DNA from: Candidatus Binatia bacterium
GTDB taxonomy: Bacteria; Desulfobacterota; Binatia; UBA9968; JAJDTQ01
Length of the DNA stretch: 64,000 bases
NCBI GenBank assembly: GCA_963666515.2
Contig: OY762897.2
Location: 1,152,001-1,216,000 of the forward strand
Direction: 5' to 3'
Part shown: positions 29,019-37,136 of the stretch, one piece after another
Layout: every line of letters starts with the position of its first letter
How positions within the stretch are numbered: the first letter of the stretch is position 1
Notes under the pieces: model-generated
Database searches by the model: none
Seen by the model: the letters and a program-made list of their open reading frames with translations, nothing else
What the model was told of the DNA's origin: nothing
Made by a program: the position numbers and the translations under genes

Positions 29019-29053
29019 TTGACAGCGTTCATGGGCTGGGATAACAGCCTGTG
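29019..29053 (+). promoter_or_regulatory. Putative promoter of the amidohydrolase gene
   Basis: TTGACA-N17-TAACAGCCTGTG followed by an AAAGGAG RBS. Confidence 0.55.
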
Positions 29054-29076
29054 AGTCGAAAGGAGAGGGATTGTCC

Positions 29077-30165
29077 ATGCCCACCATCAACGACGCGGAC
29101 GGCCACATCAACGACTACTTCTTTGGCGAAGAGATCGCCAAATACATGCCCCAAGGGAACCAGTTCAGCCAGTTGTTCCCGGTGTTCGACCACCTCCATT
29201 TTCGTTACCTGATGAAGAACCGCGTGCCCAAGTACGTGGGTGGCAGCATGAAGACCGCTCCGGGACCGGAGGAATGGCTGGAGTTCATCGACGAGACCGG
29301 CATCGCCTGGAGCGTGCTCTACCCCAGCGCCGGCCTGGGGGTAGGCCGCATCGTCTCGGTGGAGTGGGCCATCGCCGCCTGCCGGGCCTACAACAACTGG
29401 CTGCACGACCGATTCACCAGTACCACCCCTCGCCTCAAGGGCGTGGGGCTCATCCCGATACAGGACGAGGAGGAGGCGGTGGTGGAGTTGCGGCGTTGCG
29501 TCCGGGAACTGGGCATGGTGGGCGCCATGCTGCCGTCCAACGGCGAGGGCATCAAGGGCCACCTGGGAGCCAAGGCGTACTGGCCCATCTACGAGGAGGC
29601 GGAGAAGCTCGGCTGCTGCCTCACCGTGCACGGCGGCGCGCACCATCATCTCGGTCTCGATGGCTTCAGTGTCTACTACCCGGTGCACGCGCTGGGCCAT
29701 CCTTTCGGGATCATGGTGCAGGCCGCGGCGATGCTGAGCCACGGCATCTTCGAGCGCTTCCCCGGGCTGCGGGTGGCCTTCCTCGAAGGGGGCGCCACCT
29801 GGGTGCCGTTCTTCATGGACCGGCTGGACCGCTCCTACAATGAAGGGCACCTGCAGATCGACCTGTCGGGCAATCCGGTGCCCGGTCCCGGGCCGGGCGA
29901 GAAGGCCAGCGAGCACTTCAAACGCCACGTGCGAGAGGGAAGGCTCTTCGTGGGTTTCGATTGCGACGACGCCGGGCTCGCCTTCGCGGTGCAGCAGGCT
30001 GGCGCCGAGCCTTTCCTCTTCGCCAGTGACTTTCCTCACGAGGTTTTCGACGCGGCGTCGTGCCGGCACGAGATCGACGAACTGCTACAGCGGGACGACC
30101 TGACCCGGGAGCAGAAGGAGGCGGTGCTGGGCGGTAACGCGGCGCGGCTGTACGGGCTCGGTTAG
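29077..30165 (+). CDS. Amidohydrolase_2-family protein (ACMSD/LigW-like hydrolase or decarboxylase)
   Basis: DADGH, VLYPS, CRAYNNWL, FERFPGLRVAFLEGG, FASDFPH, GGNAARLY. Confidence 0.87.
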   Translation: MPTINDADGHINDYFFGEEIAKYMPQGNQFSQLFPVFDHLHFRYLMKNRVPKYVGGSMKTAPGPEEWLEFIDETGIAWSVLYPSAGLGVGRIVSVEWAIAACRAYNNWLHDRFTSTTPRLKGVGLIPIQDEEEAVVELRRCVRELGMVGAMLPSNGEGIKGHLGAKAYWPIYEEAEKLGCCLTVHGGAHHHLGLDGFSVYYPVHALGHPFGIMVQAAAMLSHGIFERFPGLRVAFLEGGATWVPFFMDRLDRSYNEGHLQIDLSGNPVPGPGPGEKASEHFKRHVREGRLFVGFDCDDAGLAFAVQQAGAEPFLFASDFPHEVFDAASCRHEIDELLQRDDLTREQKEAVLGGNAARLYGLG

Positions 30166-30181
30166 GAGAATCACGGCAAGG

Positions 30182-30208
30182 GTAGGGGCGACCGCCGGTC
30201 GCCCCTAC
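30182..30208. repeat. Single GTAG-type REP-like palindrome
   Basis: GTAGGGGCGACC-GCC-GGTCGCCCCTAC, same family as 5481-5554. Confidence 0.8.
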
Positions 30209-30250
30209 GGCGAACCACCACAACATGGACTGCCAGGGAATTCGGGTATC

Positions 30251-31243
30251 ATGCTCTTTCTGACTGAAGCAGACGTTCTCCAGGCCATCGAAGGCCGTAG
30301 CGCCTACGCGGAAGCGGTGGCGGTCATCGAGGAGGTGCTGCGCCAGCAGTCCGAGGGCAGCACGTTCCACCTCAAGCGCCTCACCATGGAGCATCCCGAC
30401 CACCCGGGACACCTCTGGCACAACATCCGCATCCTGCCGGGCATGGCGCCGGAGCTGGGGTACGCGGCGGTGCGGGTCTATTCGGGATACCAGGGGACGA
30501 ACCGCTCGGAAGTCATCTGCCTGTTCAACTGGGAAGACATGGAGATGTCGGCGATCATCTCCGACTACCATCTGCACGCCATCCGCACCGCGTCTCCCTA
30601 CGGCGTGGCGGCCAAGTACCTGGCGCGGGAGAACGCGCAGACCCTGGGGGTCATCGGCACCGGACGGTACGCCAAGGGTTTCGTGCAGGCGTGCTGCGCG
30701 GTGCGCGACATCCGGCACATCAAGGCCTACAGCCGGAGCGCGGACAACCGTCGCCGTTTCCGCGAGGAGATGACCGCGGTCCTGGGCATCGAGGTGGTGA
30801 CGGTGGAGTCCGGCCGGGAAGCCGTCGAAGGCACGGACATCATGCTGCTGGCCACCTCCGGCAACACCATCGTGTTCGAGGGGGACTGGCTGGAGCCCGG
30901 AGCGCTGGTCATGTCGCTGGCCCCCGGCGAGTTCGACGAGGCCACAGTGCTGGGGTCACGGGTTTTTCTGTCCGGAACCGACCAAGTGCTGGGTGATTCG
31001 CCGCCCCGGAAACCCTTCCCGTCGCTGCTGGCCGGCGGCAGGTTCTCGAAGGACGACGTGGCGGCCGAGTTCTGTGACGTAGTTTCGGGAAAGAAGCCCG
31101 GACGCTTGAGCGACGACGAGGTGATCCTCTACGAGTCCCCGGGCATGGGCATCCTGGACGTGGGGGTAGCGAGTTGGGTCTACCGGCTGGCCGGGGAAAA
31201 GGGTCTGGGAACCGAGCTGCCCTTCGGAGAAGAAGCAACTTAG
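30251..31243 (+). CDS. Ornithine cyclodeaminase / mu-crystallin family protein
   Basis: AIRTAS, LGVIGTG, KAYSRS, WLEPGA, YESPGMGILDV. Confidence 0.85.
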   Translation: MLFLTEADVLQAIEGRSAYAEAVAVIEEVLRQQSEGSTFHLKRLTMEHPDHPGHLWHNIRILPGMAPELGYAAVRVYSGYQGTNRSEVICLFNWEDMEMSAIISDYHLHAIRTASPYGVAAKYLARENAQTLGVIGTGRYAKGFVQACCAVRDIRHIKAYSRSADNRRRFREEMTAVLGIEVVTVESGREAVEGTDIMLLATSGNTIVFEGDWLEPGALVMSLAPGEFDEATVLGSRVFLSGTDQVLGDSPPRKPFPSLLAGGRFSKDDVAAEFCDVVSGKKPGRLSDDEVILYESPGMGILDVGVASWVYRLAGEKGLGTELPFGEEAT

Positions 31244-31256
31244 GGGATCTCTGGTC

Positions 31257-31382
31257 AATGGCGTCCTTCGACTTCGCTTCGCTACGCTCAGGACGAACGG
31301 TTGGCTGCAACTCCGATGAACCCATATCCGTTCGTCCTGAGCGTAGCGGAGCGCCAGCGAAGCGAAGTCGAAGGACGCCATT
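31257..31382. repeat. REP-like inverted doublet, CCGTTCGTCCTGAGC family
   Basis: Left arm 31257-31300 is the reverse complement of 31328-31382 apart from an 11-nt insertion in the right arm. Confidence 0.85.
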
Positions 31383-31400
31383 TTTAGGCGGAGGCGTGAC

Positions 31401-32888
31401 ATGCGTACGTTGATTCGCGGCGGTTGGGTCGTCGGCTATCAGGGGGAGAATCATGCGCTCCTGCGGGACGGGGTGGTGGTGTTCGAGGACGGGCGCATCC
31501 TGCACGTGGGAACGGGCTTCGACGGCAACGTGGACAGCGAGATCGACGCCCGCGGGATGCTGGTGGCGCCGGGCTTCATCGACATGCACGTTCACGGCGG
31601 CCACCGGGCGTCGCACCGGCTGATCACCGACATCGGCCGGCCGGACTACTTCGGCCAGCCGTTCCTGGAGATCAGCGTGCCGCGGGAGGGCAAGCGCCCG
31701 ACCGGCGATCCCCGCTACACCAGGCCCGACCAGGCCGGCGCCAGCGAAGGCACCGACCTGCACGCCACCTTCACGGTGGCCGACCTGTTGCGGAACGGCG
31801 TCACCACGTTCATGGAGATCGGCAGCCAGCTCCGGGTCCAGGAGGGACTGCTCAAGGAAGTGGACCGGCTCGGCGCCCGGGCCTACCTGGGACCGGGGTT
31901 CGATTCGGGCCGCTGGGTGGCGGACGACAAGGGCCGGCTCAAGCGGGCTCTGGACGAGGCCGCGGGGTGGCGCGAGTTCGAGGGCGCCGTCGGCTTCATC
32001 AAGCGCGTGAACGGCAGTTGCGGCGACCGCGTCCGCGGCATCCTGATCCCGCGCGAATCCGAATCCTGCACCCTCGACCTGCTGCGGGCCACCCGCAAGG
32101 CCGCGGACGAACTGAAGGTGCCGATCTCGACCCACGCGGCCTACAACATCATCGAGTTCTACCAGCTCGTGACGGATCATCGCATGACTCCGGTGGAGCT
32201 GCTGGAGTCGGTGGGCCTGCTGGGACCCGACCTCACCATCGGCCACGGGAACCTGGTGGCCGAGAACCCGCAGCTCAACTTCTCGGGCGGCCGCGACATC
32301 GAGCTGATGGGGGAGTACGGCGTGTCCATCTCCCACTGCCCGGTGAACATCGCCCGCCGCGGCCGTTGCCTCGACTCCTGGGAGAAGTACCGCAAGGCCG
32401 GCGTCAACATCGCGCTGGGCAGCGACACCTACCCGCGCGATTTCATGATGCAGATGCGCGTCGCCTCCTACTTCGGCAAGGTCATCGGCCACAACCTGCG
32501 GTCGGCCACGGCCGCGGAGGTCTTCGAGGCCGCCACCTTGGGCGGGGCGCGGGCGCTTGGGCGGGACGACCTGGGGCGCCTGGCGCCGGGAGCCCGGGCG
32601 GACATCATCATCGTGGATCTGTCCGGTCGCGGCACCCTCCGGTACGGGCCGGTGCGCGACCCCATCAAGGCCGTGGTGGAGTGCGGCATCGGCGACGACG
32701 TCCGCACGGTCATCGTCGACGGCCAGGTGTGCGTGGAGGAGGGAGAAGTCCGCGGAGTGGATATGGAGACCCTGCGGGCGCAGGCGCAAGAGGCCGCGGA
32801 GTCCGCCTGGGATCACTTGGCGGACTGGGACGCGCTGGGCCGCACCGCGGAGGAGATGAGCCCCTGGTCCTATCCGCTCATGAAATGA
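31401..32888 (+). CDS. Amidohydrolase (chlorohydrolase/MtaD-like deaminase family)
   Basis: PGFIDMHVH, THAAY, SHCP, ALGSDTYP, ATLGGARALG, GARADII. Confidence 0.87.
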   Translation: MRTLIRGGWVVGYQGENHALLRDGVVVFEDGRILHVGTGFDGNVDSEIDARGMLVAPGFIDMHVHGGHRASHRLITDIGRPDYFGQPFLEISVPREGKRPTGDPRYTRPDQAGASEGTDLHATFTVADLLRNGVTTFMEIGSQLRVQEGLLKEVDRLGARAYLGPGFDSGRWVADDKGRLKRALDEAAGWREFEGAVGFIKRVNGSCGDRVRGILIPRESESCTLDLLRATRKAADELKVPISTHAAYNIIEFYQLVTDHRMTPVELLESVGLLGPDLTIGHGNLVAENPQLNFSGGRDIELMGEYGVSISHCPVNIARRGRCLDSWEKYRKAGVNIALGSDTYPRDFMMQMRVASYFGKVIGHNLRSATAAEVFEAATLGGARALGRDDLGRLAPGARADIIIVDLSGRGTLRYGPVRDPIKAVVECGIGDDVRTVIVDGQVCVEEGEVRGVDMETLRAQAQEAAESAWDHLADWDALGRTAEEMSPWSYPLMK

Positions 32889-32927
32889 ACTTGTCCATGA
32901 AGTGAACCCGTCCGCCAACGCCCGCAA

Positions 32928-33047
32928 CGTCATTCCGGCGGAAGCCGGAATCCAGGGGAGGCGGGGTAATGCGATTCCTGTCCCCCGCCACACCCCACCT
33001 GGATTCCGGCTTCCGCCGGAATGACGGAGGGGCTGCGGGAATGACGG
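32928..33047. repeat. CGTC-type REP-like inverted doublet plus partial third copy
   Basis: CGTCATTCCGGCGGAAGCCGGAATCCAGG (32928-32956) and exact reverse complement (32998-33026); GGAATGACGG remnant ending at 33047; lies between convergent genes. Confidence 0.88.
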
Positions 33048-33060
33048 TTTCGCGGGGTGG

Positions 33061-33936
33061 TCAGCCGGTCCGGCGCTGCAGCAGGATTCCACCCACGATC
33101 AACGCCAGCCCCGCCACGGTGCTCGGGTAGATGGGCTCTCCCACGATCAGCGCGATCACCAGGAGCGAGAGAAACGGCGTCAGGTAGACCAGTTGCCCCA
33201 CCTGCGCCGTGGTGCGGGAGAGCTTCAGAGCCCGGAGCCAGGCGACGAACGCGATGCCCATCTCGAACGTGCCGATATACAAGGCCCCCGCCAGACCCGG
33301 TATCGCCGGCGTCTCCAGGGTGCCCGCGAGCCACGCGAAGGCGCCCGAGAAACCGCACCCGAACACGAAGTTGACCAGCAGCCGCGTCACCGGGTCGCGG
33401 CGGTCCTTCACGCCGTAGATCCAGTAAAGCGTCCAGATCAGCGTGCTTCCCAGCGCCAGCGCCACGCCCCGCGGGTTGGCCAGGTCGAGCGCCAGCAGGT
33501 CTCCCCGGGTGGCGATCACCGCCACGCCGGCGAAGCTGATGGCCATGGCCGCCACCGCGCGGACGCTGATGGGTTGCCGGAGCAGCAGGATGGAGAACAG
33601 CGCCAGCACCATGGGCCAGGTGAAGTTGAGGGTCAGAGCCTCCTGCGCCGGCAGCAGGTCGTAGGCCCTGAACAAGACGAGGTAGTAGAGGAAGGGGTTC
33701 AGGAGGCCCAGGCAAAGCGAGGCGCAGAGGTCGCGGAGGTCCCACTCCCGGAGCTGCCGCATACGCCCGGTAGCCAGGGTGATGCAGAGCAGCACGCCGG
33801 TGGAGACCAGCGAGGAGTAGAACACCAGGGCGTCGGCGCCCACATGGCGCAGAGAGAGCTTGAACGCGGTCGCCACGGTGGACCAGCAGGCCACGGTGGC
33901 GGCGGCGTAGAGGTAGGCCTTGGTCTGGTTCTGCAT
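33061..33936 (-). CDS. DMT/EamA-family transporter
   Basis: 291 aa, about 10 TM segments in two EamA-like halves (WSTVATAFK, LPAQEA..LNFTWP). Confidence 0.87.
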   Translation of the reverse strand: MQNQTKAYLYAAATVACWSTVATAFKLSLRHVGADALVFYSSLVSTGVLLCITLATGRMRQLREWDLRDLCASLCLGLLNPFLYYLVLFRAYDLLPAQEALTLNFTWPMVLALFSILLLRQPISVRAVAAMAISFAGVAVIATRGDLLALDLANPRGVALALGSTLIWTLYWIYGVKDRRDPVTRLLVNFVFGCGFSGAFAWLAGTLETPAIPGLAGALYIGTFEMGIAFVAWLRALKLSRTTAQVGQLVYLTPFLSLLVIALIVGEPIYPSTVAGLALIVGGILLQRRTG

Positions 33937-34034
33937 GGACGGTTCGCCGTTCCGGCAACGCTACCACGATTCCGGTCCGCCATCGACGCCGCCCCGAATC
34001 CCCGGCCTCGACAAAAACCTTTGGCGACGCGGAG

Positions 34035-34063
34035 TTGCAATTGCACCGGCATTCCGCTACCGT
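34035..34063 (+). promoter_or_regulatory. Putative sigma70 promoter of the pheA operon
   Basis: TTGCAA-N17-TACCGT. Confidence 0.5.
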
Positions 34064-34099
34064 AGCCTTTCGTTCGCAGTTCATCCCTCGAGGTTTTCA

Positions 34100-35176
34100 T
34101 TGAGTCGTAGAGAATCGGTAGATGCCCTCCGAAAAAAGATCGACCGAGTTGATTCCAGGATTGTAGAGCTTCTCAACGAGAGAGCATCCCTTGCCCTGAA
34201 GATCGGGCATCACAAGCATCAGACAGGAAAGCCCGTTTACGTGGCCAGCCGCGAGCGGGCCGTGTACCGGCAGATAACCGAAGCCAGCACGGGGCCGTTG
34301 CCGGCGGCGTCCCTCCGCGCCGTCTTCCGGGAGGTGTTGTCGGCCTGCCGCGGCATCGAGGCGCGGATGAACGTGGCGTTCTTCGGCCCCGAGGCGACCT
34401 TCACCCACATGGCCGCGCAGCGGCATTTCGGCAGCACCGTAGACTACTCCCCCGAGCCCACCATCGACGACGTCTTCCGGGAAGTGAGCGCCCGCAACGT
34501 CGACTACGGCGTGGTCCCCGTGGAGAACTCCACCGAAGGGGTGGTGACCCACACCCTGGACCTGCTGCAGGAGTCGGACGTCCAGATCTGCGGAGAGGTC
34601 AGCATCGATATCGAGCTGTGCCTGCTGTCCCGGTCGGGACGGGCGAAGGACGTGCGGCGCATCCTCTCCCATCCTCATGCCCTGGGCCAGTGCCGGCGCT
34701 GGCTCGCCGCCCACCACTCCGACGCCGTTGTCGAGGAGGTGTCGAGCACGGCGCAAGCCGCCAAGGAGGCGCGCTCGGACCGCACCGCCGCGGCGGTGTC
34801 CAGCCGGCTCGCCGGCGACATCTATGGGCTCAGGATCGTCCAGGCCAACATCGCCGACAACCACGACAACATCACGCGGTTCTTCGTGATCGGGGACGAT
34901 GCGCCGTCGTCCACGGGCGAGGACAAGACCAGCATCGTCTTCGCGGCCAAGGACCGTGTCGGCGTGCTCCACGACATGCTGGCGCCGTTCGCGAAGCACG
35001 GCATCAACCTCACCAAGATCGAGTCGCGTCCGTCGCGCCAGAAGGCTTGGGAGTACGTGTTTTTCATCGATTTCAGAGGCCATCAACAGGAACCCCGAGT
35101 GAAGCGCGCCCTGGGCCAGCTCGCCGCGAGCTGCGTCTTTCTCAAGGTCCTCGGATCCTATCCCAGCAGCCTATGA
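34100..35176 (+). CDS. pheA: Chorismate mutase/prephenate dehydratase
   Basis: LRKKIDRVD..IVELLNERA, VPVENSTEG, SHPHALGQC, NITRF, LTKIESRP; TTG start after GAGG. Confidence 0.94.
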   Translation: MSRRESVDALRKKIDRVDSRIVELLNERASLALKIGHHKHQTGKPVYVASRERAVYRQITEASTGPLPAASLRAVFREVLSACRGIEARMNVAFFGPEATFTHMAAQRHFGSTVDYSPEPTIDDVFREVSARNVDYGVVPVENSTEGVVTHTLDLLQESDVQICGEVSIDIELCLLSRSGRAKDVRRILSHPHALGQCRRWLAAHHSDAVVEEVSSTAQAAKEARSDRTAAAVSSRLAGDIYGLRIVQANIADNHDNITRFFVIGDDAPSSTGEDKTSIVFAAKDRVGVLHDMLAPFAKHGINLTKIESRPSRQKAWEYVFFIDFRGHQQEPRVKRALGQLAASCVFLKVLGSYPSSL

Positions 35177-36279
35177 GCATCGTCGAAAAGGTTCCGGACC
35201 ATATCCGCCGCATCGTGCCGTACGTGCCAGGCAAGCCCATCGACGAGGTGGAGCGGGAATACGGCATCCAGGGATCGGCCAAGCTGGCGTCCAACGAGAA
35301 CCCCCTGGGGCCGTCGCCCAAGGCCGTGGCCGCGATGCGGGAGCGGCTGGAGGAGTTGCACCTCTATCCGGACGGCGGCTGCTTCCATCTCCGGCAGGTC
35401 CTGGCCGCCAAGCTCGACGTGGAGCCCGAGCGGCTGATCTTCGGCAACGGCTCCAACGAGTTGATCGAGCTGGCGGTGCGGACGTTCCTGCGTCCGGGGG
35501 ACGAGGCTCTGATCTCCCGGGGCTCCTTCGTGGCCTACGGCCTGGCGCTGGACGCCCTGGGCGCCACGGTCCGGGCGGTGCCGCTGAAGGACTACGGTTT
35601 CGACCTGGAAGCCATGGCCCGGGCCTTGACGCCGGAGACCCGTTGCGTCTTCCTGGCCAACCCCAACAACCCCACGGGCACCATCTACAGGCGGCCCGAG
35701 TGGGAGGAGTTCCTCGAGCGGGTGGGCCCCGAGGTGCTGGTGGTGGCGGACGAGGCCTACTGCGAGTACGCCGCGGACCCGGACTACCCGGACTCCCTCG
35801 ATGATCGCCGCCCGGACCGCACGGTCCTGACCCTCAGGACCTTCTCCAAGGTGTACGGGCTCGCGGGGCTCCGCATCGGGTACGGCATCGCCCAACCCGA
35901 GGTGGTGGCGATGATGAACCTGGTGAGGGAGCCCTTCAACGTCAACGCTGCGGCCCAGTGGGCGGCGACCGCGGCGGTGGACGACGCCGAGCACCTGCGC
36001 CGGAGCATCGAGGTCAACCGGCAGGGGCTGGAGTTTCTGACGGACGGCCTCACGGCCCTCGGCGTCGAATGGGTGCCGAGCCAGGCCAATTTCATCCTGG
36101 TGCGCACCGGCGAACCGGGCCGCGTGTACGAAGCGCTGCTGCGCAGGGGCGTCATCGTGCGGCCCGTGGGCCCCGACTTTCCCGAGCACGTGCGCGTGAC
36201 CGTGGGGACCCCGGACGAGAACCGCAAGTTCCTGGACGGCCTGGCGCAGATCCGGGAGGCGGACGGGGGCGGGCGCTGA
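35173..36279 (+). CDS. hisC: Histidinol-phosphate aminotransferase
   Basis: KLASNENP, GNGSNE, NPNNPTG, DEAY, RTFSKVYGLAGLRIGY. Confidence 0.94.
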   Translation: MSIVEKVPDHIRRIVPYVPGKPIDEVEREYGIQGSAKLASNENPLGPSPKAVAAMRERLEELHLYPDGGCFHLRQVLAAKLDVEPERLIFGNGSNELIELAVRTFLRPGDEALISRGSFVAYGLALDALGATVRAVPLKDYGFDLEAMARALTPETRCVFLANPNNPTGTIYRRPEWEEFLERVGPEVLVVADEAYCEYAADPDYPDSLDDRRPDRTVLTLRTFSKVYGLAGLRIGYGIAQPEVVAMMNLVREPFNVNAAAQWAATAAVDDAEHLRRSIEVNRQGLEFLTDGLTALGVEWVPSQANFILVRTGEPGRVYEALLRRGVIVRPVGPDFPEHVRVTVGTPDENRKFLDGLAQIREADGGGR

Positions 36280-37133
36280 TGTTCCGGACCATGGTGATCG
36301 CGGGCGTGGGGCTCATCGGCGGCTCGATGGCGCTGGCGGCCAGGGAGCGCGGGCTGGTGGAACGGGTCGTGGGATACGGCCGCAACGAGAAGACCCTGCG
36401 CCGGGGACGGAAGATAGGCATCCTGGACGGCTATTTTCTGGACCCCGGTGATTTTCCCGGGGAGGCCGATTTCCTGGTGCTGGCCACGCCGGTGGGCGCC
36501 ACGGCGCCGGTGACCCGGTCGTTCCTCCCGCGCATCCACCCGCGTTGCCTCATCAGCGACGTCGGCAGCGTGAAGCGCCGGGTGGTGGCGGACATGGAGC
36601 GGTTGCTGAAGGGGGGTCCCCCGTTCGTGGGCGCGCATCCCATCGCCGGCAGCGAACAGTGGGGTCCCGACGCGGCCAGGGCGGACCTGTTCGTCCGCCG
36701 CCGCTGCATCCTGACCCCGACCGGAAAAAGCGATCCCCGGGCGGTGAGGAAGCTGCAGGCGTTCTGGCGCCGGGTCGGGTCCAGGGTCGAGCTGATGGAC
36801 GTGCGTCTCCACGACCGGATACTGGGCGTGGTCAGCCACCTGCCTCACGTGGCCGCCTCGGCGCTGGTGAACGCCCTGGAGCGGACGAGGATCGATTCGC
36901 TGGACCTGGCCGAGTATTGCGGGTCGGGGTTCCGGGACACCACCCGTATCGCCGCGGGGCGGCCGGAGCTGTGGCGCGATATCTGCCTGCTCAACCGCGA
37001 GGCCGTGCTCAAGGGGCTCCGGGAGTACGTGCGGGCGCTGGAGAGGATCTCGGACAGCATCCGCCGGGACGACGGGCCGCGGCTGGAGCGGGAGCTGGAA
37101 CAGGCGTTGGCGACGCGCAAGAGGATGTCGTAG
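36279..37133 (+). CDS. tyrA: Prephenate/arogenate dehydrogenase
   Basis: GVGLIGGS, DVGSVK, HPIAGSE, SHLPH, GFRDTTRIA. Confidence 0.92.
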   Translation: MFRTMVIAGVGLIGGSMALAARERGLVERVVGYGRNEKTLRRGRKIGILDGYFLDPGDFPGEADFLVLATPVGATAPVTRSFLPRIHPRCLISDVGSVKRRVVADMERLLKGGPPFVGAHPIAGSEQWGPDAARADLFVRRRCILTPTGKSDPRAVRKLQAFWRRVGSRVELMDVRLHDRILGVVSHLPHVAASALVNALERTRIDSLDLAEYCGSGFRDTTRIAAGRPELWRDICLLNREAVLKGLREYVRALERISDSIRRDDGPRLERELEQALATRKRMS

Positions 37134-37136
37134 GAC

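Noticed and set aside
32879-32907. Short direct repeat CATGAA[A/G]TGAAC at the amidohydrolase stop
   Set aside because: Only 12 nt with one mismatch, and it does not flank the adjacent REP, so it is not a convincing target-site duplication
23276-33047. CRISPR array
   Set aside because: The repeats are dispersed inverted doublets, not direct repeats with unique spacers, and there are no cas genes
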